Assembly (NCBI RefSeq): GCF_006345805.1
Contig: NC_043018.1
Coordinates: forward strand, 9,238,001-9,302,000
DNA from: Octopus sinensis
Taxonomy: Eukaryota
Direction: 5' to 3'
DNA length: 64,000 nt
Of the stretch, positions 50,075 to 61,871 are shown in pieces; the stretch's first letter is position 1; the number at the start of each line of letters is the position of its first letter. The translations under genes were made by a program, and so were the position numbers. The notes under the pieces are model-generated. The model worked only from the letters and a program-made list of their open reading frames with translations, searched no databases and was not told the origin of the DNA.

Positions 50075-52175
50075 TCTTCAGCCCCCCTCTTATTCATCAT
50101 AGTCTTCCAGGTAATGATAGAGGAATTCAAGACAGGCTGCCCCTAGGAACTCCTCTATGCTGATAACCTTGCTCTAATAGCTGAGTTATTACCAGAAATA
50201 GAGAAGTTTCAGGTGTGGAAGCAAGGTCTAGAATCGAAGGTCCTTAGAGTCAATCTAGCAAAAACTGAAGTTTTAGTAAGTAGAAAGGCAGACAAATCAC
50301 AAATCCCTTCAAATAGATGGTCCTGCTCAATCTGTAGAAAAGGCGTAGGTAGAAACTCCATAAGATGTACTCAATTCAAGCTATGGACATGTAAGAGATG
50401 CAGCAATATCAAAGGAAGTTTAACTGGGAAGATAGTTTTTGTGTGTGGCAGATGCACAGGGGCAATAAACACTGAAGATGTACAGAAAATAGATTCTATC
50501 ACATGCCAAGGAAAAAACTAGAAGTAGTTGATAGCTTCCATTACCTCAGTGATCAAGTCAGTAGTGGGGGTGGATGCTTTGAGAGTGTAGCTGCTAGAAT
50601 AAGAATAGGCTGGGCAAAGTACAGAGAACTCCTACCTCTGCTGGCAACAAAGGGCCTCTCTCCCTCAGAATGAAAGGCAGATTATATGATGCCTGTGTGT
50701 GAACAGCCTTGCTACATGGCAGTGAAACATGGGCTGTGACAGCCAAGGGCATGCATAGGCTTGAAAGAAATGAAGCTAGTATGCTCTGCTGGATGTGTAA
50801 TGTCTGTGTGCATACAAGACAGTGTGTAAGCGCCTGGAGATAACAGCTGGACATAAGAGGCATCAGATGTGGTGTACAAGAAAGATGACTGCACTGGTAT
50901 GATCATGTATTATATATGGATGAGGACAGCTGTGTAAAGAAGTATCACACCCTAACAGTGGAAGGAACCTGTGGAAGAGATAGATCCAGGAAGACTTGGG
51001 ACAAGATAGTGAAGCACAACCATTGAAGCAATGGCAGCGACCAAGACCTTTGGAGATATATTGTGCTTGAGAAGACCCAGCAAGCCAAGTGAGATCGTTG
51101 CCATGGCCCATTTAAAAGTACCCTTCAATTGTCAGGCAATTGAGAAGACCCAGCAAGCCAAGTGAGATCGTTGCCATGGCCCATTTAAAAGTACCCTTCA
51201 ATGTCAGGCAATTGAGAAGACCCAGCAAGCCAAGTGAGATCGTTGCCATGCCCATTTAAAAGTACCCTTCAATTGTCAGGCAATGAGAAGACCCAGCAAG
51301 CCAAGTGAGATCGTTGCCATGGCCCATTTAAAAGTACCCTTCAATTGTCAGGCAATTGAGAAGACTCAGCAAGCCAAGTGAGATCGTTGCCATGGCCCAT
51401 TTAAAAGTACCTTCAATTGTCAGGCAATTGAGAAGACTCAGCAAGCCAAGTGAGATCGTTGCCATGGCCCATTTAAAAGTACCCTTCAATTGTCAGGCAA
51501 TTGAGAAGACCCAGCAAGCCAAGTGAGATCGTTGCCATGGCCCATTTAAAAGTACCCTTCAATTGTCAGGCAATTGAGAAGACCCAGCAAGCCAAGTGAG
51601 ATCGTTGCCATGGCCCATTTAAAAGTACCCTTCAATTGTCAGGCAATTGAGAAGACCCAGCAAGCCAAGTGAGATCGTTGCCATGGCCCATTTAAAAGTA
51701 CCCTTCAATTGTCAGGCAATTGAGAAGACCCAGCAAGCCAAGTGAGATCGTTGCCATGGCCATTTAAAAGTACCCTTCAATTGTCAGGCAATTGAGAAGA
51801 CCAGCAAGCCAAGTGAGATCGTTGCCATGGCCCATTTAAAAGTACCCTTCAATTGTCAGGCAATTGAGAAGACCAGCAAGCCAAGTGAGATCGTTGCCAT
51901 GGCCCATTAAAAGTACCCTTCAATTGTCAGGCAATTGAGAAGACCAGCAAGCCAAGTGAGATCGTTGCCATGGCCCATTTAAAAGTACCCTTCAATTGTC
52001 AGGCAGTTGAGAAGACCCGTTGAGCCAAGTGAAATTGTAGTCGTGCCACCTGATTGGCACGTAAAAAGTACCATTCAAGGGTGGCCGATGCCAGTGCTGC
52101 CTAACGGGCTTCCATTCCAGCGGCATGTAAAAAGGCATTATTCGAGCATGGCTGATGCCAGTGCTGCCTGACTGA
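50075..52175 (+). mobile_element. 5'-truncated RTE-X LINE containing a tandem array in its 3'UTR
   Basis: LSPLLFIIV, LLYADNL, GL.VNLAKT, internal PHD-like CSICRKGVGRNSIRC..C..C, LLHGSETW, RCGVQE.RLHWY.HV. Confidence 0.88.
51067..52032 (+). repeat. 73-bp minisatellite, 13 full units plus a partial unit
   Basis: Unit TTGAGAAGACCCAGCAAGCCAAGTGAGATCGTTGCCATGGCCCATTTAAAAGTACCCTTCAATTGTCAGGCAA. Units are nearly identical, with no spacers. Confidence 0.97.
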
Positions 52176-52345
52176 AAAAAATGAGCTAGGAAAAATGTTA
52201 CTAACACACACTAACAATTAGTTCTTTGTAAAGGCAGCAAGCTAGCAGAATTCCTGCAACACATTTAGATCAGTTCTGTATTATTACTCAGAAATATTAA
52301 ATTTCTAAATATCTCATAGAGATATGTACGGTGGTGGGGCGATAG

Positions 52346-52567
52346 AATGGTTGTATACTGTCAATTTAACGTGACAGTAGGGGATTACACCACCGCTGCT
52401 TAGCCCTAGGAAGCATCGACGCTTCCTGTCGGCTTCGATACATTTCCTGTGTCCTTATACATTTACGAAGGGGAGACAAATACCCACAACAGCTCAGGCC
52501 TTCCTAGGGCTAAACAGCGGTGGTGTAATCTCCTACTGTCACGTTAAATTGACAGTATACAACCATT
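52346..52567. mobile_element. Fold-back element with ~68-bp inverted arms
   Basis: AATGGTTGTATACTGTCAATTTAACGTGACAGTAGG...CCCTAGGAAG and its reverse complement. The arm motifs resemble those of 14615-14989. Confidence 0.75.
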
Positions 52568-52741
52568 GTATTATAACTGTCATTGAGGAATTGTCCTTTT
52601 AAAAACAATAGGAAAAATGAAATGTAACAAGATGTTACTCTACCTCCTCCAACACAAAAATTAAGTGTGTATGTGTGTGTGTCTGTGTGTGTGTGTGTGC
52701 TTATGTATGTGTGTGTGTGTACATAAAATCTTCAAACTTAC

Positions 52742-52872
52742 CAGAATTGTTCTTGGAGGCTTCTGTGCCTTCCTGTTGTTTGGTAGCAATGTTTAAGCTG
52801 GTTCTCAAACTTTTACCGCGGTCAAATGAAAGGAAAATCTTTTTTGGATTTAAAACCCATAATTCTTCAGGA
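52742..52872 (-). CDS. RING-CH gene exon (linker after the N-terminal TM region)
   Basis: CTACACAG acceptor, GTAAGT donor, 131 nt, phase 2 to 1. (S)PEELWVLNPKKIFLSFDRGKSLRTSLNIATKQQEGTEASKNNS. Not present in the ORF track. Confidence 0.85.
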
Positions 52873-53207
52873 CTGTGTAGAGATGTCCAATGTTGATTTC
52901 ATGGTGATCGTTATTGAGATGGTGGTGAAAGTTGTTTGAGTCAGAGGAAAATATTGAGAAAAGAAGAGAGAGAGAGAGATTTGAGTAAAATACATGTTAT
53001 TTTAATTTATTTTTGCAATATTATTATAGGTATAGGAGTGGCTGTGTGGTAAGTAGCTTGCTTACGAACCACATGGTTCTGGGTTCAGTTCCACTGTGTG
53101 GCACCTTGGGCAAGTGTCTTCTTCTATAGCCTTGGGCCGACCAAAGCTTTGTGAGTGGATTTGGTAGACAGAAACTGAAAGAAGCCCATCATATATATGT
53201 ATGTATG

Positions 53208-53261
<54 letters not shown>

Positions 53262-56200
53262 CATACGTTTGTGTGTCTGTGTTTGTCCCCGCAACACATC
53301 ATTTGACAACCAATGCTGGTGTGTCTACGTCCCCGTAACTTAACGGTTCAACAAAAGAGACCGGTAGAATAAGTACCAGGCTTACAAAGAATATGTCTTG
53401 GGGTCGATTTCCTCGACTAAAAGCGATGCTCCAGCATGGCCACAGTCAAATAAATGACTGAAAAAAGTAAAGAGTAAGAGTATTATAATTTGAAATGGTG
53501 TAAAGTATTGCTGTGCTTGTATTTAAAGTTTAAGAATTCTTGAGAACAGCTTAAGAAAGGAAATTGACAGTTTAGCAATGTGTTGGTCATCATCCTTGTT
53601 TTAATGTTCACTTTTCCATGCTTGCATGGGTCAGATGAAATTCATCGAGGCAGATTTTATACAACTGGATGCCCTTCCTTTCATCAAAGAAGGGTACCCA
53701 GTTGCTTAAACCTTTTTCCAAGCAAGGTAATATTTTCCCCTTGACTGGAGATGTTTTCACAGAAGGTTGGAAATGAATGATATCACTTGTATAATGGTGA
53801 TATTTGTTTTATAAGCATCATGGATGTCAAAAAAAGGGGGTCACACACACACATATGTATATACAATGGGCTTCTTTTTGTTTTCCAGCAAACAAATCCA
53901 CTCACAAAGCTTTTGGTTAGCTGAAGGAGACACTTATAATAGGGGACACTTGCTCAAAGTGCCATGCAGTAGGACTGAACCTAGAACCATGTGGTTGGGA
54001 AGCAAACTTCTTAACCACATAGCTATGCTTGTGTAAAAAAAAAAAACCAACCCCCAAAAATCCCAGTTAATATGGCATACTCTCTTTTACTTGTTTCAGT
54101 CATTTGACTGTGGCCATGTTGGAACACCGCCTTTTTAGTCGAGCAAATCGACCCCAGGACTTATTCTTTGTAAGCCTAGTACTTATCCTATCTGTCTCTT
54201 TTGCCGAACCACTAAGTAACGGGGACGTAAACACACCAGCATCGGTTGTCAAGCAATGCTAGGGGGACAAACATAGACACACAAACACACATACACACAC
54301 ATATACATATATACGACAGGCTTGTTTCAGTTTCCGTCTACCAAATCCACTCACAAGGCATTGGTCGGCCCGATGCTATAGCAGAAGACACTTGCCCAAG
54401 ATGCCATGCAGTGGGACTGAACCCGGAACTGTGTGGTTGGTAAGCAAGCTACTTACCACACAGCTACTCCTGCGCCTATGTACATAAAAAAAAAAAACTA
54501 TGTATGACAGTGAATAGCAAAAGTACAATTATTGCAGATGACTGAATGAAATAAAATGTGATTAATATACAAAGCTAACTTACAAAGCCTGTTGAAACAT
54601 TGGTAAGAAATCCGTCAGTTGTAGAATGATTAAATGAGGAAGGAATTGGCTACAGCAGCCAATATACAAGTTTAATTTCCAAGAAAGACTGATGACAATA
54701 AGCAGAGAAAGTGGCTGACCATGAAGAATATGACAGATACACGCAGAAAGAAATGGTTTATGTTGATGTGAAATAATGTGAATGTATGTTATTTCAAATC
54801 TTTGAGCAAACTTAAGATAAAATGGTGATGTAACTGTTATTTCTAGCAGAATGAGCAACCATGTAGAGGCTCTAATTTGCTTGATATATTCACGAATGTT
54901 GTGTGTAATTCATGTGTATAATGCAAGTAAGTGTATATGTGTGCATATAAACATGCATGTTTTTTAGAAATGTATATATCTATGCTTGAATGCACATTGC
55001 CAAATGTATATGTTTTTTTTTTTTTGTTTTATAAAGACGGTAAGGTGTGATCATCTGATGGAGATTTGGCTGCTATTACAACCAGATCAAGCAACTGCAT
55101 TGAAACTGTTTAAGTTAGCTCAGTTCATACTAAACATTGATGGCAACGGTGGAAGACGCCTTTGAATTGAAGTGAATGAAGGTTGACCTAAAATCAACTG
55201 TTGAGTCAGACCCGACACTCCTGAACTTGAGTGAACAGAGACAACAATGAGTGGAGATACACAAAAAAAAAACACATCATATTAATGAATTGTAGAAATG
55301 AATGGAAGGGGAGGAGAAGGGGCAGAGTTTAGATTAATGTTAATGTAAACAAGACTGTTGTTATATATTTGTAATCTTCAACAGATTTCGCCCCTCCCAC
55401 TGCCTCTGCTCTGGGGCAGGCTTCCATATTATATATTCTGTTTTCCTTGTGTTAAGGAATGCATGAATGTTCAGGAGTAGAAAATGTCTGGTTCAGCTCA
55501 CATATGTTTGTGTTTTTAAATCTGATAAAGAAGATTAAAGATTTAAAAGTCGTTTAATAGGTTTCGGCTTTGAAGCTATGGTATTTTTTTTGTCGTTTTT
55601 CTTTTCACCAGTGATGGGCATGCATGAGATATCACGCATTTGTGTGTGAGTGTTTTTGCATTTGTTTGGGGTTAGGTTTTTATTATGTCTTTTTGTAAGA
55701 CAGACAGACAGACACGGATTGACGGAGCGATGTGTGAGGGGATGATCGATATTTTACAGGATTAAAACAACACAATATTAACAAGGTTTTAAGGTTCATC
55801 GGAATGTGAGAAACCAAATGCTATTAAAGCTGATTATCTCAAGTATCTATTGCTGTGCAGTCCCAATTTAAAAGCAATAATAACTCTATCACATAATCGC
55901 CATTAATGAGGTGAGTTTATTTATTAAAATCCTTCATAATCCCACCCAACTCCTAATATAAAGCATGTCACCCCAGAAAGCTCTTACACAGGATTGCTTT
56001 AAATATTTGTTAAATAGGTACAGCCATGGCTGTGTGGTTAAAAGCTCACTTTGCAGCCAAATGGTTTTGGGTTCAATCCCACTGCATAGCACAGTGGGCA
56101 AGTGTTTTCTTTAATCCCAGAGTAATTAATACCGTGTGAGTGGATTTGGTTGACAGAAACTGTGTCAAAGCCCACTGTGTGTGTGTGTGTTCCCCGACTG

Positions 56201-59200
56201 CTTGACAACTGGTGTTGGTTTGTTTGCATCCCAGTAACTTAGGGATTTGGCAAAAGAGACCAACAGAATAAGTGCCAGATTTTTAGAAAAAAAATTTTTT
56301 TAAAGTACTAGAATAAATTTGACCAAACCCTTCAAGGTGGTGCCCCAGCATGGCCACAGTCCAATGAATGAAACAAATGTAAAAAATAATAAAATGTCAA
56401 GTACCTTCCCCTCTGACTACTATCAGTAAAGAGCTGTATTCTCATTGACAATTTCTACCCCTTTTTTGTGGTGGTGGTGGTGGGGGGGGGGGATAGTTTT
56501 ACAGGTTTTCTCTTTGTTTAGGCATGAATTCATGCATGTATGGTCCAATCATTCAATTGTAGCCATGCTGGAGCACCACCTTTGAAAATTTTCCTCAATC
56601 CTATCAGGTATCAAGCTGAAATAAGCACTGATGTTTTGTTTGTATATGTTGAATGCCTAAGTAATTGTTTCTTTATTACCCACAAGGGGCTACACATAGA
56701 GGGGACAGACAAACGGATTAAGTCGATTACATCGACCCTGAATGGATAAAAGGCAAATCGACCTCGACAGAATTTGAACTCAGAATGTAGTAACGGGCGA
56801 AATACCGCAAAGCACTTCACCTGGCATGCTAACGTCTCTACCAGCTTGCCGCCTAAGTAATGGAGAGACACATCAACACCAGTTGTTAAACCAGTCAAAA
56901 GAGGAACATGCACACACGTAGGAGTGGCTACAGGCGTAGGAGTGACTGTGTGGTAAGTAGCTTGCTTACCAACCACATGGTTCCGGGTTCAGTCCCACTG
57001 CGTGGCACCTTGGGCAAGTGTCTTCTACTATAGCCTTGTGAGTGGATTTGGTAGACGGAAACTGAAAGAAGCCTGTCGTATATTTATATATGTGTGTGTG
57101 TGTGTGTGTGTATATGTTTGTGTGTCTGCATTTGTCCTCCCCCAACATCGCTTGACAACTGATGCTGGTGTGTTTACGTCACTGTAACTTAGCAGTTCGG
57201 CAAAAGAGACCGATAGAATAAGTACTAGGCTTACAAAGAATAAGTCCTGGGGTTGATTTGCTTGACTAAAGGCGGTGCTCCAGCATGGCCACAGTCAAAT
57301 GACTGAAACAAGTAAAAGAGTAAAAGGTACACACATATAACATTTATTTTCATGATGCTAAAAGCTCCATAAAGAAGTGCTGATCACTCAAAGTGGATGG
57401 AACACGTGAAAGTGGGAGACCCAGGAAGACATGGGATGAAGTACTGAAGAATGATCTCAGGAAGCTGAACCTTTCAGGTGAGACGACAAATGACCAAGAT
57501 ACCTTGCACCTGTTCATACTCAAGATGACCTGTACCCTGCAAGTGTTAAGACCAATCCTTCTGGTTGTGTAAAGCACTCATGGTGGTGCCATGTAAAAGC
57601 ACTTGCTATGCTCTGTAAAGTGGTTGGCATTAGGAAGGCCATCCAGCTGTAGAAACCATGCCAAATCAGACTGGAGTCAAGTGCAACCCCCCCAGCTTGC
57701 CAACTCTGGTCGCACTATCCAACCCATGCCAGCATGGACAATGGATGTTAAACGATGATGATGATGATGATCAGTGTCACCCTTATGCATGTGGTGTCAA
57801 TCATTTCCAATCTTCTGTGGAAATATCTCCAGCCATTGGGAGATACCAACTTGCTTTGATACAGGTGAGGGTTGGCAACAGTAAGGGTTTCCAGCTGTAA
57901 AACATCTGTCTCAACAAATTCCATCCAATAATGGCAAGCGTAAAAAAAAAGTGGACATTATACTTGCCCACAGTGAGATTGAACCCGAAATCGTATGGGG
58001 AAGCAAACTTTGTAACCACACTGCTATGCCTCCTCCATCTTTTGAGGTCCTCTTTTTTTAAAGTGGAGAAGCCAGTCTTTTCTATGTTGGGAAAAACCAG
58101 ACTATGCTATTTTGATTAGTTGTGGACAGTAACAGGATACAGAACGGCAACAGGATAGAAACTGCTCATGTACATGCCATATTAAATGGGGGTTTTTTGG
58201 GGTTGTTTTTTTTTACACAAGCATAGCTATGTGGTTAAGAAGTTTGCTTCCCAACCACATGGCTTTAGGTTCAGTCCTACTGCATGGCACTTTGAGCAAG
58301 TGTCCCTCCCCTATTATAAGTGTCTCCTTCAGCTAACCAAAAGCTTTGTGAGTGGATTTGGTTGCTGGAAAACTAAAAGAAGCCTATTGTATATACATAT
58401 GTATGTGTGACCCCTTGTCTTGACATCTATGATGCTTATAAAACAAATATCACCATTATACAAGTGCTCATTGGCTGGTAGGCTGACACCCGGTCCCTCT
58501 CTTATATACATATACACACTCACACATACTTACGCATCACATACTAAGTATCTGCATGCATTAAAAAATCCGTTACCAAGGCAACATAACCTTTTCCCAG
58601 CAAAACTAACATGCACAAAACTGTGAACAAATACAAAATGATTTTTGTCTTTTTTTCAGTAAATAAAAATGACAAACTCAAAATTCCCAACCAAACAATC
58701 TAAAGTAGTCTTTCAAGAGGGTGGCAGAGGGGTACAACTTAATTCCAAACAATCTACCTAAGATCAGTGACATCAGCAGTATATATCCTGTTGCGAATTT
58801 GCATCCTGTTATTGCACCAATCTATGAAGAGAGCAGCCACTTGCCTTAAGTAGATACGACTCCCTACCGGTAGCTCAATACAGGGATGACTAAAGTAAAG
58901 GCTAAAAAACGTCAGCAGAATGGCACCCAGAAGTCATGACCTAGATGCAGCCTGGCCCTCTTAATAAGGGCCGAAACTCTTGTTTGATGGGGTGGTTCTT
59001 CTTTGAAGACCTTGTACTCTCTTTACTCTTTTTACTCTCTTTTACTTGTTTCAGTCATTTGACTGTGGCCATGCTGGAGCACCGCCTTTAGTCGAGCAAA
59101 TCGACCCCAGGACTTATTCTTTCTAAGCCTAGTACTTATTCTATCGGTCTTGTTTGCCGAACTGCTAAGTTATGGGGATGTAAACACACCAGCATCAGTT

Positions 59201-59609
59201 GTCAAGTGATGTTGGGGGAGACAAACACAGACAAACACACATATATATACATATATACAATGGGCTTCTTTCACTTTCCGTCTACCAAATCCACTTACAA
59301 GGCTTTGGTTGGCCTAAGGCTATAGTAGAAGACACTTGCCCAAGTTGCCACGCAGTGGGACTGAACCAGGAACCATGTGGTTCATAAGCAAGCTACTTAC
59401 CACACAGCCACTCCTGTGCCTAAGGTACAAGTTTCGAGTAATTATCAGAAAGTTTTTGATTTTTTTCTCCTTTGTCTTCTAATAGTAATTACCCAACTTT
59501 CTAGGCTCTTCTCACAGCTACTCCACATTCAAAAATTATACGGTTATTTTTTTAAATTTTCATTCAATAAATAGTAATTTTACATTACATGTACATTAAT
59601 AGTGAATTA

Positions 59610-60023
59610 GGATCTTTTCGGTTTGAACGGCAGTTTTTTCTAGCGGTGTCATATGAAATTGTCACCCATAATTATAACCCTAGTATCGATCTATTGCATT
59701 TCAATCTATTTTAGGGTTAGGGTTAGGGGGAAAGGTATCTTTTTTTTCTTCACAAATGTAAATAAACCCAATCTGTTTCTTAAACGAGGGACATATTCAT
59801 ACGGCACAGAATGTTTTCACCTCAATAGACGTCATTGATTGGTTGAAATTGCAGAAATTGAAGAAGAAATAAGAAACAAATATCTTACAAACTATAGAAT
59901 TTTCTCAATAAAGCCAAGAGAAAAAGATGTTTTATAAACACATTCTACCAGTATACGAAGTTTAAAACTTTTTAGTTACCTAGAAATTATTTTTAAAAAC
60001 TGCCGGTCAAACCGAAAAGATCC
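59610..60023. mobile_element. Non-autonomous DNA transposon with an 8-bp TSD (Merlin-like) carrying (TTAGGG)3
   Basis: TIR GGATCTTTTCGGTTTGA.CGGCAGTTTTT at both ends; TSD GTGAATTA at 59602-59609 and 60024-60031. Confidence 0.85.
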
Positions 60024-60351
60024 GTGAATTAAAACTTAAAAGAGAAAGTGAGAGACTTAGCAAATGAAAATGGAATAATACTCTGCAGTGAATGCAATGA
60101 ATATTCAAATTTGTGATGAATTGGATGCAGTGAATATTTAAATTTGCAAGAAATTGGAGTTGGAAAAATTCAACGAACTTGAGAAATGAAAATTATAGGA
60201 AAAATCTTAGAACATACATTTAGAAAATTATTTCCAGACAGTCAACCCTTTAATAATTGCTTTCAGTTAGTACTTTTAGTAGTTGTTATATACCTAATTA
60301 ATAAGCAGCTTTCTCCATTATAGTATAGATGCACACATCATATATATATAT

Positions 60352-60572
60352 ACCGGAGTAAGCAGATAAATGTGAAACAAGGTGGAAAAAAGAGTACTCA
60401 AATACCAGTGGTAGAGTAATATGCTTTTATTTAAAAGCAGCAGAAATATAACAAAAGCTGTTACTCAGAGTTTCACGTTCGTCGGACAGGAATATGAAAC
60501 TCTGTCCGACGAACGGGAACGTGAAACTCTGAGTAACAGCTTTTGTTATATTTCTGCTGCTTTTAAATAAAA
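60352..60572. mobile_element. Inverted Penelope-type pLTR pair inserted in (TA)n
   Basis: Inverted arms ~60425-60489 and ~60502-60572, with an extra tail on the left only. Confidence 0.75.
60502..60539 (+). ncRNA. Minimal type I hammerhead ribozyme motif
   Basis: CTGT-CCGACGA-ACG.GGAA.CGT-GAAA-CTC.T.GAG-TA-ACAG. All three stems pair; GUA triplet; U4C core change. Confidence 0.75.
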
Positions 60573-60749
60573 CATATATATATTTATATATATATATATA
60601 TACATTTTTATTACTGATGTAATGGTTGCATTGTTCAATTAAATGGAGTTGCTTGAAACGATCGTTCCTCATTACCTCTGGATATACTGTTGCTTACACA
60701 TATATACATACATAAACAAACACACACACATGTATATATATATATATAT

Positions 60750-60881
60750 ATTTATTATATAGAAGGAGCTTCTACAGGACTAGTACTGTTTCATTCAAGA
60801 GAAATCTTCAGGAAGCTTCCTGAAGATTTCTCTTGAATGAAACAGTACTAGTCCTGTAGAAGCTCCTTCTATATAATAAAT
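60750..60881. repeat. Perfect 132-bp palindrome with a hammerhead core in each arm
   Basis: Centre GGAAG|CTTCC at 60815/60816 with no spacer. Each arm contains CTGAAGA-T.TTC.TCTT.GAA.T-GAAA-CAGTACTAG-TC. Confidence 0.9.
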
Positions 60882-60946
60882 TAATTTTACTCTGCTATGT
60901 ATTGAGTACCTTACTTACTGTGGTTAACCCCGGATCACCCGGGACC

Positions 60947-60990
<44 letters not shown>

Positions 60991-61772
60991 TTAAAAATAG
61001 GATAAAATCTTTATAAGAATTTATCTTAGTAGTTAGCATGAAAAACCTCATAAGAGAAAAAAATCCACCAATTTTTTCACTTAAATATATTTATTTATAT
61101 TATATAGAGGGCATTACTATACATAAATGCCACATGCTAGGAGACATTAATTCTCTGTAACTTTAATGCAATAAGGTGTTCTTTGCTGATCCATTCTGTT
61201 TAAGTATCCGGTTGCACTTGGAATATCCAATGCAAGGCTCCAAACAACCAGAGGGGTGAAACATATGTAGGAACAAATGATATAAACTTGTTTAATGTTA
61301 TTTCTTCTACGTTTGCTCTGTATTTCATGATTAAAGGTAAGTTCCCTGCCATCGTTTCATCACAGGAGATTTCATCACCATCAATTCACCATGAAGAAAT
61401 TTCACTGCAAGGAAGGTTTACCAAGAAAACATATCCATAGTATCTCACCATTAATAGTTAAAAACTTTCCTCACAGTGACCATTCGTTATGGTGAACCTT
61501 TCATGCAGTGAATTGATGACGGTGGACTTATCAGACATGGAATTCCATTAGACGTAACACAACTAGGTATAGTAGACTGTTTAACCAGTAGACTGGATGA
61601 TGATGTACAGGAATCTTTTAATTTAACAGTAGCAGTCAAGCATCTATTTGTACACACAAGACACCATACTACATATATACACACACACATATACATATAA
61701 TATATATATCCTCATGCCGTGTGTGATTGTATAATATCACATGTATGTATAATATTTATAAGGTATAATTAC

Positions 61773-61871
61773 CTACTACAGTTCCAGAGGACACACGGAA
61801 ACCAAAGGGAAACTCCAAACTCGATGATTCGAAATCCAATATCAAAAACATTTTGGCTAAGAACAGGAAGT
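61773..61871 (-). CDS. RING-CH gene exon encoding the last helix of an N-terminal multi-TM domain (most 5' exon found in the window)
   Basis: TTTTTCAACAG acceptor, GTAATT donor, 99 nt, phase 2-2. LPVLSQNVFDIGFRIIEFGVSLWFPCVLWNCS joins in frame to SPEELWVLNPKK. Confidence 0.85.

Noticed and set aside
51067-52032. CRISPR-like array
   Set aside because: The units are identical head-to-tail with no unique spacers, there are no cas genes, and the array sits in a eukaryotic LINE 3'UTR.
54580-54858. 92-aa ORF ending at a phase-compatible GTAAGT donor, a possible extra exon of the RING-CH gene
   Set aside because: No convincing acceptor or recognisable motif, and exons 61773-61871 and 52742-52872 already join into a coherent WNCSSPEELW sequence. 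RNA-seq would settle it.
58935-58990. Hairpin GGCCCT..AGGGCC followed by GAAAC, a possible hammerhead
   Set aside because: No correctly placed CUGANGA core or stem I.
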